NCBI GenBank assembly: GCA_963701965.1
Contig: OY969695.1
Span: 2,304,001-2,368,000, forward strand
Length of the DNA: 64,000 nt
Direction: 5' to 3'
Origin: an uncultured Gemmatimonadales bacterium
GTDB taxonomy: Bacteria > Gemmatimonadota > Gemmatimonadetes > Gemmatimonadales > Gemmatimonadaceae
Every line of letters starts with the position of its first letter. The stretch's first letter is position 1. Position numbers and translations under genes: made by a program. Positions 18,949-27,368 of this stretch are shown in pieces. The notes beneath the pieces are model-generated. The model saw only the letters and a list, made by a program, of their open reading frames with translations. It made no database searches and was not told the origin of the DNA.

Positions 18949-20027
18949 GCGAATGGCAACAGGTCCTCAAGAATCAGAGCGTCGCGACGCTCACCGCGCT
19001 TGCCGAGCGGTTCGGGACGGAGCAGATCGACGTCGACGCGCTGGCCGAGGCCTTCGACCGGTTCCAGATGCGGATCACTCCGGCGGCCCTCGATCTCATC
19101 AAGGCCCCCGACGATCCAATGTGGCGCCAGTACGTCCCCACGGTGGAGGAGCTGGACGTCGTCGACGGCATCACGGACTCCCTCGACGAGGACGCGGACT
19201 CCCCCGTCCCCAACATCACGCATCGGTATCCCGACCGGGCGCTCTTTCTCGTGAGCCCGGTCTGCGCGTCCTACTGCCGGTTCTGCACCCGCCGGCGGAA
19301 GGTCGGCGATCCCGAGAAGATCCCGCTCAACCAGTACGACTCCGCGTTCGCCTACCTCCGGGCCCACACCGAGATCCGCGATGTGATCCTGAGCGGCGGC
19401 GATCCGATGATGCTCTCCGACCGGCGGCTGGAGTATCTGTTCGAGCAGCTCCGGGCCATCCCGCATATCGAGATCATCCGGATTGGCAGCCGGATTACGT
19501 CCCATCTGCCCGAGCGGATCACGCCCGAGTTCTGCGAGATGGTCCAGAAGTACCATCCGGTCTACATGAACACCCACTTCAATCACCCGGATGAATTGAC
19601 GCCCGCCGCCGTGGCGGCGCTGGACCGCCTGTCCAAGGCGGGCATCCCGCTGGGGTGTCAGACCGTGCTGCTCAAGGGCGTCAATGACGATCCCGTCGTC
19701 ATGAAGGCCTTGATGCATGCGCTGCTCAAGGCCCGGGTCCGGCCCTACTACATCTATATGGCCGACCAGGTCGCCGGTGGCGAGCACTTCCGAACCACCG
19801 TCGAGAAGGGACTGGAGATCATCGCCGCCCTGCGCGGGTGGACGTCGGGACTCGCTGTCCCCCACTTCGTGATCGACGCCCCGGGCGGAGGCGGCAAGGT
19901 GCCGCTCCTACCCGAGTACGTCGACGAGATCACGGACGAGAAGGTCGTGTTCCGGAACTTCCGCGGGCAGCGCTTCGAATACCGGCAGCCCAGAGCAACA
20001 GCCAAAAGCAACTCCATCAGACAATAA
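18945..20027 (+). CDS. kamA: KamA-family radical SAM/PLP enzyme, probable lysine 2,3-aminomutase
   Basis: THRYPDR, CASYCRFCTRRR, LSGGDP, HFNHPDE, QTVLLKGVND and PLP lysine in DAPGGGGKVP. Confidence 0.92.
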   Translation: MSEWQQVLKNQSVATLTALAERFGTEQIDVDALAEAFDRFQMRITPAALDLIKAPDDPMWRQYVPTVEELDVVDGITDSLDEDADSPVPNITHRYPDRALFLVSPVCASYCRFCTRRRKVGDPEKIPLNQYDSAFAYLRAHTEIRDVILSGGDPMMLSDRRLEYLFEQLRAIPHIEIIRIGSRITSHLPERITPEFCEMVQKYHPVYMNTHFNHPDELTPAAVAALDRLSKAGIPLGCQTVLLKGVNDDPVVMKALMHALLKARVRPYYIYMADQVAGGEHFRTTVEKGLEIIAALRGWTSGLAVPHFVIDAPGGGGKVPLLPEYVDEITDEKVVFRNFRGQRFEYRQPRATAKSNSIRQ

Positions 20028-20036
20028 AAGCGGCGA

Positions 20037-20567
20037 TTAGTCGCCCTCCGTGTCATAGGCGAGGCCGTCGGCTTCGCGGAACGTGTCGAGCAGTGACTCC
20101 CCCGTGAGGCGCATCGCCTCGGTGAGCGGGGTCATCGAGAAACCGATCGCGCGCCGCGACCCTTCCGGCCAGTCCGGCATCGAGAGCCCCGCGACGAGTC
20201 GCCGGATGATCTGGCCGAACTCGCCCAGCAACCGACCCGCCGTCTCGCGCAGCGTGTCGAACGGGATGGTCAGATCCCGGATCACCATCTGGCCCGTGGT
20301 GGAATCGCGCCACGCGGCATCGCCGACGGCGCCCCGCTCCGGCCAGATACCGAGATTGCGGATCGTCCCTGAATGCTCGTCCGGCGTGCGGTTGGTTTCG
20401 ACCGCGGCCGCCAGCGCCAACGCCAGTGTATCCGGTGTGGGTTGACCATAGAGCGTCACCACATTGCGCGGCGGCCGATCAGGATACTGGGGCGCCGGCA
20501 CCAAATTCACATGCGCGAGCACTGGTGAGTGTTCGGGGTGATCCTCGAGCATGACGAGGACGTCCAT
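20037..20567 (-). CDS. Hypothetical protein
   Basis: 176-aa ORF with a strong AAGGAGG ribosome-binding site before ATG 20567. No recognised motif. Confidence 0.7.
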   Translation of the reverse strand: MDVLVMLEDHPEHSPVLAHVNLVPAPQYPDRPPRNVVTLYGQPTPDTLALALAAAVETNRTPDEHSGTIRNLGIWPERGAVGDAAWRDSTTGQMVIRDLTIPFDTLRETAGRLLGEFGQIIRRLVAGLSMPDWPEGSRRAIGFSMTPLTEAMRLTGESLLDTFREADGLAYDTEGD

Positions 20568-20631
20568 TCCCCTACCTCCTTGTTAGTTCCATGTACGAGC
20601 CAAGTGCCGGCAAAGTTCCCTCTATTATCGG

Positions 20632-21075
20632 CTACTCTCGGGCAAGAGCTATACCGCCAGCCAGGGCACACGCTAACACGATGTAGAACAACGCTGCTTG
20701 CGCGGGGAACGCTGTCAGATCGTTGCCGAAGCGCAACAAAGATGCGGCAAGCAATGCGTTGAGCATCCAGATCGCAATGCTGCTCAAGATCGCGACAACG
20801 ACCAGCCGCACGCCTTTGAGGCGCGCGGCGAGCGCCGCGAACGCGAGGCCCCAGAAGAGGGCGATCACCGTGTGCAGTGTGATCCCCGTCACAGTCGCGA
20901 CGGCGGTGGACGGCGACGCCGCCGGCGCGAACGCAGCGAGCAACTGGCGCCCGGCAGCGGCAAACGGGTTGTAGTGTTCGGCGTGCGCGAGGCCGAGGAG
21001 AACACCGGCAGTCGACGACGCGGCCAGCGCGCCGGTAATCAGGCCGAATCGGAAGCGATCCACGGTGTCATGCAC
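20632..21075 (-). CDS. Hypothetical integral membrane protein (about 4 TM)
   Basis: Four hydrophobic segments, one containing His (GITLHTVIALFWG). Start uncertain. Confidence 0.65.
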   Translation of the reverse strand: MHDTVDRFRFGLITGALAASSTAGVLLGLAHAEHYNPFAAAGRQLLAAFAPAASPSTAVATVTGITLHTVIALFWGLAFAALAARLKGVRLVVVAILSSIAIWMLNALLAASLLRFGNDLTAFPAQAALFYIVLACALAGGIALARE

Positions 21076-21177
21076 GCGCGAAAGAAAATGCCCAATGATC
21101 GGACGTCTCAAGGGCGTTTTTCGCACTACCCGGCCGGCCGGGGTTGCCGGGTGCGCTCACCCTTACCAGTATTGGAC

Positions 21178-21894
21178 ATGGGGCAGACCGCGGCTTACCC
21201 GGCGACAATCCTGGTAGTCGAGGACCGTCTGGAGGTCCTGGAGGTCGTGCGCCGCTCCCTGACCAGCCACGGCTACACGGTGCGGACCGCCGAGGACGGC
21301 GAGAGCGGGCTCAATCTGGCCCTGGATCTCAAGCCCGATCTCATCATCCTCGACATCGGGTTGCCCAAGCGGAACGGCCTGCACGTGGCCCGCGAGCTGC
21401 GCAACCGCGCCTATCGTGGGCCCGTCCTCATGCTCACGGCGCTGGACACCGTCTCGGACAAGGTCGTCGGCTTCGACGCCGGCGCCGATGACTACCTGGC
21501 CAAACCGTTCGACTTCGAGGAGCTGTTGGCGCGGGTCAAAGCCCTGCTGCGCCGCTCCACCATACGCGCCGACGACACCATCATGCGCGTGGAGGACCTC
21601 ACGCTCTCGCCCCTGACCCGCGAGGTCACGCGGGCTGGCGAACTGATCCCGCTGACCGCCAAGGAGTACTCCCTCCTCGAGTACCTGATGCGCAATTCGG
21701 GGCGGATCATGACGCGCGAGCAGATTACCGAGGAGGTCTGGAAAGCGGACCTCGACGGGTCGTCCAACGTGGTCGACGTCTATATCAGCTATCTCCGCCA
21801 GAAAATCGACGCGCCCGGGCGGACGCCCCTGCTGCACACGATCCGCAAGAGCGGGTACTGCCTCAGCCCGACCCGGCCATCGTCGCGTAGTTAA
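21178..21894 (+). CDS. OmpR/PhoB-family response regulator
   Basis: ILVVED, DLIILDIGLP, MLTA, GADDYLAKPF, and a winged helix LTAKEYSLL..VVDVYISYLRQK. Confidence 0.95.
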   Translation: MGQTAAYPATILVVEDRLEVLEVVRRSLTSHGYTVRTAEDGESGLNLALDLKPDLIILDIGLPKRNGLHVARELRNRAYRGPVLMLTALDTVSDKVVGFDAGADDYLAKPFDFEELLARVKALLRRSTIRADDTIMRVEDLTLSPLTREVTRAGELIPLTAKEYSLLEYLMRNSGRIMTREQITEEVWKADLDGSSNVVDVYISYLRQKIDAPGRTPLLHTIRKSGYCLSPTRPSSRS

Positions 21895-21924
21895 CGCCAG
21901 TCCCGGGGCGCTCGTCCAACTCGT

Positions 21925-23463
21925 ATGCGCCTCTTTGTCCTGGCGGTGGCGGTGGCGGTCCTGGCGATGGCGTGTGCGGGCCATCACGGACCGCCCGAAG
22001 GGCACGTGACGCCCCTGGCCGCCGTTTCCGACAGCGGTCGCGAGTTGACGGCCGATCAACAGGTCTACCAGGCGCTCGCCCGCCTGACGTTCGGCCCCGG
22101 GCCTGGCGACGTGGCGCGCGTGCGGGCCATGGGCGTGGACCAATGGATGGCGGCCCAATTCACGCCGTCGAAACTGGATGACCGCGCCACGGAGCGGTTC
22201 GTCGCCGACCATTTCCCCACGAGTTATCCGCCACCCGGCCGCGCGCGCGGCGCCGACTCGGCGGCGCGGAAGGCACGGGCCCAGGAGCGCCGGCAAGTCG
22301 TCGCCGACCTCCAAACGGCGCGCGTGGCGCGGGCAGTCATGACCACCCGGCAACTCCAGGAAGTGATGGTCGACTTCTGGGAGAACCACTTCAACGTGTT
22401 CGTCGGCAAGGGCGGACCGGAGCCCTACCTGCTCTCCAGCTACGAGCGCGCGGCGATCCGGCCGTACGCGCTCGGACGGTTTCGGGACCTGCTGGGCGCC
22501 GTGGCCCAGAGCCCGGCGATGCTCTACTACCTCGACAACTGGGAGAGCGGGCGGCGCCGGGGGCTCAACGAGAACTACGGCCGCGAGCTGCTGGAGCTGC
22601 ACACCCTCGGGGTCAATGGCGGCTACACCCAACAGGACGTGATCGCGGTCGCCCGCGCCTTCACGGGTTGGTCCTTCGTCGGGCTGGCGCAGCCGAACGC
22701 CGGGGACTTCGTGTTCCGTCCCGCCGATCACGATACGCAAGAAAAGCGCGTCCTCGGCCACACCATCGCGGCCGGCGGCGGCATCGCGGATGGCGAGGCC
22801 GTGCTCGACATCCTCGCCCGGAGCCCGGCCACGGCGCGGTTCATCGCCCGCAAGCTGTGCGTGCGATTCGTCAGCGACAGCCCGCCGCCGGCGCTCGTGG
22901 ATCGCGCTGCCGCCCGTTTCACGGAAACCGACGGCGACCTGCGCCAGGTGCTGTGGACGATCGTGACGTCCCCGGAGTTCTGGTCCCGATCGGTCTATCA
23001 TGCCAAGGTGAAAACTCCGTTCGAGGTCGTGGTCAGCGCGTTGCGGGCGCTGCATGCGGCACCCGACAGCACACCGCGCACGGCCCAGATCGTGGCGCGT
23101 CTGGGCGAGCCGATCTTCGGACACCAGGCGCCGGACGGCTACGCCGAGACGGGCGAGAGTTGGATGAACACGGGCGCCATCCTGGGGCGGATCAACTTCG
23201 GGTTGGCGCTGGCGGCCAACCGTGTCCCGGGCGCGTCGGTGGCCGGGTGGCCCGAGGCGGCCGAGCTCGCGGGGGCGCCGCGCGACGTGCAGGTCGACCG
23301 CGTCGTGGGCGCTCTGTTGGAAGGCGGCGCGTCGCCCGACACGCGTCGGATCCTGCTGACGGGGACGCATCCGATGCTCGGCGGCAAGCCGGCCGAGCAG
23401 ACGGCCGGGTTGGCACAGGTCGTGGGTCTGGCGTTGGGTTCGCCGGAATTTCAGCGTCGCTGA
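21925..23463 (+). CDS. DUF1800 family exported/lipoprotein
   Basis: Lipoprotein-like signal (LAMAC), FWENHFNV, SPAMLYYLDN, NENYGRELLELHTLG and SPEFQRR. Confidence 0.9.
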   Translation: MRLFVLAVAVAVLAMACAGHHGPPEGHVTPLAAVSDSGRELTADQQVYQALARLTFGPGPGDVARVRAMGVDQWMAAQFTPSKLDDRATERFVADHFPTSYPPPGRARGADSAARKARAQERRQVVADLQTARVARAVMTTRQLQEVMVDFWENHFNVFVGKGGPEPYLLSSYERAAIRPYALGRFRDLLGAVAQSPAMLYYLDNWESGRRRGLNENYGRELLELHTLGVNGGYTQQDVIAVARAFTGWSFVGLAQPNAGDFVFRPADHDTQEKRVLGHTIAAGGGIADGEAVLDILARSPATARFIARKLCVRFVSDSPPPALVDRAAARFTETDGDLRQVLWTIVTSPEFWSRSVYHAKVKTPFEVVVSALRALHAAPDSTPRTAQIVARLGEPIFGHQAPDGYAETGESWMNTGAILGRINFGLALAANRVPGASVAGWPEAAELAGAPRDVQVDRVVGALLEGGASPDTRRILLTGTHPMLGGKPAEQTAGLAQVVGLALGSPEFQRR

Positions 23464-23477
23464 TCAGGAGATCCCAA

Positions 23478-24713
23478 ATGCAACGCCGCGTCTTCATGAA
23501 GTCCGGTGCCATGGCGCTGGTGACCCTGGGCCTCAGTCCACGGTTCCTCCGACGGATGGCCTTCGGGATGGATGTCCGAAACAGCAAACGCACGCTCATC
23601 TGTCTTTTTCAGCGCGGCGCCGCCAATGCGCTCAACATCGTGGTGCCACACGGCGAGCGGACCTACTACGCCCTGCGGCCATCGATCGCCATTCCGCGCC
23701 AGACCGTCCTCGATCTCGACGGATTCTTCGGCTTCCACCCATCGCTCGCGGCGCTCAAGCCGCTGTATGACCGCGGGCTCTTGGCGCCCGTGCACGCCGT
23801 CGGCTCGCCCAGCGCGACCCGGTCGCACTTCAATGCCCAGGACTACATGGAGACCGGCACGCCGGACGATAAGAGCACGCCCGACGGTTGGCTCAACCGG
23901 TATCTGGCCGCCAAAGGCACATGCGCGGAGTGCCAGTTGACCCCATTTCGGGCGGTCTCGCTCACGGCGCAGACGCCGCGGATCCTCGAGGGTCCGGCGC
24001 CGACGGTCGCGATGAACAGCCTGGCCGAGTTCAGCGTCCGCGCCACCGGGTCGGACGTCGAGCGCTTGGAAGCCCTCTATCGGACGGGATCGGCCGATCT
24101 CGTACACGGCGCCGGCAGCGAGATGTTCGACGCCGTGAAGATGCTGCAAGCGGCCAATCCCCAGAAATACACCCCCGCGGCGGGCGTCGAATATCCCAAA
24201 TCGGCGTTCGGTCTCCGGCTGCAGCAGATCGCGCAGCTGATCAAGATGGACCTGGGCGTGGAGATCGCCTTCGCCGACGTCGGCGGTTGGGACACCCACG
24301 TCAACCAGGGCGGAGCGACCGGCCAACTCGCCGGGCGGCTGGAGGATTTCGCCAAGAGCATCGCGGCGCTGGTGGCGGACCTCGGCGATCGGATGGCCGA
24401 CGTCACCATCCTGACCATGTCGGAGTTCGGCCGGATGGCCCGCGAGAACGGCAACGGCGGCACCGATCACGGGCACGCCGGCGCGCTCTTCGTCTTGGGC
24501 GGCAACGTGCGTGGTGGCACGGTCCACGGGAAGTGGCCCGGTCTGGCGCCGGAGCAACTGTATGAGAGTCGCGACCTGGCGCTCACGACCGATTTCCGCG
24601 CGGTGTTCGCCGAAGTCGCCGCGCGCCACTTGGGCGCCGGTCGACTCGACGCCATATTCCCCGGCTATGCGGGCCGGGAACAGGACTGGCTCGGCGTCTT
24701 GCGCGCGACCTAG
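23478..24713 (+). CDS. DUF1501 family Tat-exported protein
   Basis: Tat motif QRRVFMK, RSHF..QD, GGWDTH, SEFGR, NGGTDHG and DFRAV. Confidence 0.9.
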   Translation: MQRRVFMKSGAMALVTLGLSPRFLRRMAFGMDVRNSKRTLICLFQRGAANALNIVVPHGERTYYALRPSIAIPRQTVLDLDGFFGFHPSLAALKPLYDRGLLAPVHAVGSPSATRSHFNAQDYMETGTPDDKSTPDGWLNRYLAAKGTCAECQLTPFRAVSLTAQTPRILEGPAPTVAMNSLAEFSVRATGSDVERLEALYRTGSADLVHGAGSEMFDAVKMLQAANPQKYTPAAGVEYPKSAFGLRLQQIAQLIKMDLGVEIAFADVGGWDTHVNQGGATGQLAGRLEDFAKSIAALVADLGDRMADVTILTMSEFGRMARENGNGGTDHGHAGALFVLGGNVRGGTVHGKWPGLAPEQLYESRDLALTTDFRAVFAEVAARHLGAGRLDAIFPGYAGREQDWLGVLRAT

Positions 24714-24732
24714 GTCGATCGTCAGCAGGTTG

Positions 24733-25717
24733 ATGAGCCCCTATCGATTCGTTCTGCTGGCCGCGTGTCTCTTGACCGCGTGCCGAGCCCACACGCGCCG
24801 TGCGACCAGCACGGGCGACGTCCAGCCGCCGGCGACGCGCGCGGCCAACATTCACGGCAAGATCCCGATCCTCGAGTACCACCTGATCGGCGATCACGAG
24901 AGCATGTACTCCATCACGCGCGAGCACTTTCGCCGCGACTTGGAGATGCTCTACGCCCGCGGCTATCGGCCGATCACCGTCGCCCAACTTCTCGACAAGC
25001 ACATCGACGTGCCGGCGGGGATGTCCCCGGTCGTGTTCACGTTCGATGACGCGTCGCCCGAGCAGTTCCGCTACATCGAGCGCCCGGACGGCACGTTGGA
25101 GATCGACTCGACGTCGGGACTGGGGATCTGGCTCGATTTTCATCGCCAGCATCCCGACTGGGCAAATCACGCCACCTTCTGCTTGCTGCCCGGGGCGGCT
25201 GCGGGGCACAATTTCTTTGGCAACGGCGGGATCGAGGGACAGAAGACCGCGTGGCGATACAAGAAGGTCCGGTATCTCGCCGAGCAGGGCTTCGAGCTGT
25301 GCGACCACACGCTGTGGCACGCGCAGCTCAACAAGTACTCCGACGCCTTCGTCCAGGAGCAGATCGCGCGGGGGCAGTTGGCGATCGACTCGGCGGTGCC
25401 CGGCTACCACGTGCGCACGTTCGCCCTCCCGCAGGGATTGTGGCCCAAGAACCACGACCTGGCGCATAAGGGTGAATGGCGGGACCCCAAGACCGGGCAC
25501 GATGTGCCCTACAGCTTCGAATGCGGTCCTGGAAGTCGCCGGACCGCCGGCGCCCAGCCCGTACGACCCGTCCTTCAACGGCTGGCGCCTGCCGCGTATC
25601 CAGGCTTTCGGCAATGCGGTGGAGCACGTCCTCGACAACTTGGATCGGACGGGCACCCGATACGTCTCGGACGGAAATGCGACGGTGTTGCGCTCGCCGC
25701 CCGCGACGTCTAGGTAA
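24733..25717 (+). pseudogene. Polysaccharide deacetylase (NodB/CE4) lipoprotein; apparent +1 frameshift at 25520-25521
   Basis: Lipobox LTAC, PILEYH, TFDD and HTLWH. Removing one A from TTCGAATGCG gives YSFDAVLEVAG...RLPRIQ...YVSDG, a natural C-terminus. Confidence 0.75.
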
Positions 25718-25748
25718 GACGGCCTACGCCGAACCACCTACGCCCAAA

Positions 25749-25775
25749 GCGCCAACGGCGTGTTAGCGTTGGCGC
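25749..25775. repeat. 9-bp inverted repeat directly before the AraC start
   Basis: GCGCCAACG, 9 nt, CGTTGGCGC, followed immediately by GTG 25776. Confidence 0.6.
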
Positions 25776-26594
25776 GTGTCCGCCCTCTCGGTTTTGGCCT
25801 TTCTCCCCGCTCCGCTCCTGGCGCATCTGCGGGTGGTGTTGCACCCGTATCACGCGCTGACCGCCCACGACGCCTGGGAGCCGTTCGAGAACGCCGTCCG
25901 GCGCACGGCGTGGGACGCCGTCGTCGCCGATCCGTATGCCGATGGCGGTCCGCGCACGGATGATCTGGCCGCGTTGATCGAGGCGTTTCCGTCGACGCCG
26001 CTCACGCTGTACACGTGCTTCGCGCCAATGATGCTGCAGTCGCTGTCGGCGCTGGCGCGTCTGGGCGGGGGCACGCACCAGATCGTGATGCACCGCTTCG
26101 ACAATGATCCCCGGCGATTTCTGGACCTGCTGGAGCACCAGCCCACGCACGCGCTGAGCGCGTCGCTCCTGCGCTGCCTCAGCCCCGGGCTCGAGCGCCT
26201 GGCGCCGCCGATCGCGCGCGCGGTCGAGCGGCTCGTGCGCCGACCCGCGATGTTCGGGACCGCGGCCGACCTGGCGGCGTCGGCCAATGTCACCGTGCGC
26301 ACCATCTATCGGCAACTGGCGGCCGCGGGATTCGACTCGCCGCGCACCCTGATCGTGGGGGCCCGGCTGCTGCGTGCCTACGCCTACGCGCGCGACCCCG
26401 GGCAGTCCTTGGAGCACGTCGCCGCCCGCGTCGGCTACAGCGCGCCGCGCATCCTCACCCGCCACATGCGGGAGCTGGTGGGCGTCACGCCGCGCGCCGC
26501 CCGGCGGCGCATCCCGGCCGACGAATTCGTGTCGCTGCTGGCGGCGCGGTTGTATCTCGGCTGTGCTACAGCCGCCAGCCGGACAGCGTCGTGA
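25776..26594 (+). CDS. AraC-family HTH transcriptional regulator
   Basis: Two HTH motifs (AADLAASANVTVRTIYRQL; LEHVAARVGYS..LTRHMRELVGVTP) and a receiver-like N-terminus. Confidence 0.85.
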   Translation: MSALSVLAFLPAPLLAHLRVVLHPYHALTAHDAWEPFENAVRRTAWDAVVADPYADGGPRTDDLAALIEAFPSTPLTLYTCFAPMMLQSLSALARLGGGTHQIVMHRFDNDPRRFLDLLEHQPTHALSASLLRCLSPGLERLAPPIARAVERLVRRPAMFGTAADLAASANVTVRTIYRQLAAAGFDSPRTLIVGARLLRAYAYARDPGQSLEHVAARVGYSAPRILTRHMRELVGVTPRAARRRIPADEFVSLLAARLYLGCATAASRTAS

Positions 26595-27156
26595 TGGCCT
26601 GATCGAGCGCAGCCCGCTGCTCGGGCGCCTGCGCCCGGCGGCGGAGCGTTTTGTAGGCGTCCAGCGCCAGCCCCAACGCCACGGGATCATGTTCGGCGCC
26701 GGCGAGACTGGCCGCGTTGTCGGCCAGGTTGGCGCGCGCGAGATCATCGTCGGGGAACCGGTCACACACCTGCTGCCACCGCCCGACGCGTTCGCGGGGA
26801 ATCGATTCCGTCAGCGCCCACAGGTGCCAGGCGCCCCGATTGGCGGGATCCGCGGCCAGCGCCCGCGACGCCAGCGCCCCGACGACATCGGGGCCGCGAC
26901 CGGCCATCCAGTAGGCGCTGGCCAGCACCACCAGCGCGCGGGCATTCGACGGCTGGGCGGCGACGATTTGTTCGTACAAATAGCCGGCTACTTCCGGGAT
27001 GTCCCGGTACGGCTCGGCGGCCGAGATCAACGCGTCGACCGGGGCTCCCGCGGCCGCGCGCTCCAACTCGTCATGGAGCGCCGCTACGTTGGCGTGGGCG
27101 TGGTAGGCGGCGACGGCGTCGGCGACGGCCTGCTCGACCGAACGGGGTGAAGGCAT
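26566..27156 (-). CDS. TPR-like helical repeat hypothetical protein
   Basis: Repeated A..P.N..A helical pattern (QPSNARALVVLA, DPANRGAWHLWA, FPDDDLARANLA). Confidence 0.7.
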   Translation of the reverse strand: MPSPRSVEQAVADAVAAYHAHANVAALHDELERAAAGAPVDALISAAEPYRDIPEVAGYLYEQIVAAQPSNARALVVLASAYWMAGRGPDVVGALASRALAADPANRGAWHLWALTESIPRERVGRWQQVCDRFPDDDLARANLADNAASLAGAEHDPVALGLALDAYKTLRRRAQAPEQRAALDQAITTLSGWRL

Positions 27157-27198
27157 GGGCGAAAACTAGAGCACGGTCCCTGCCTCACGGGCTTGCCC

Positions 27199-27227
27199 TT
27201 GCGATTTTACGCGGGAGCGGCCATACT
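27199..27227 (+). promoter_or_regulatory. Sigma70-type promoter for rho
   Basis: TTGCGA (27199-27204), 17 bp, CATACT (27222-27227). Confidence 0.5.
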
Positions 27228-27368
27228 CGTATCTTGTTGGGGGTGCATTCGGGCATACGAAGCACCCGCCTCCAGCTTCCATATCGCGCGTGAACGCTCC
27301 GCGCTCCGAGGATAGTAGCGCAGACACTGCGCGGTGCGCGCACGACCACATACTCTACTGATAGGTGC

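Noticed and set aside
18945..20027. EF-P modification enzyme EpmB or lysine-fermentation KamA
   Set aside because: No efp, epmA, kamDE, kdd or kce in the window, and the gene is coupled to ligases and a GNAT. Not fully excluded without the rest of the genome.
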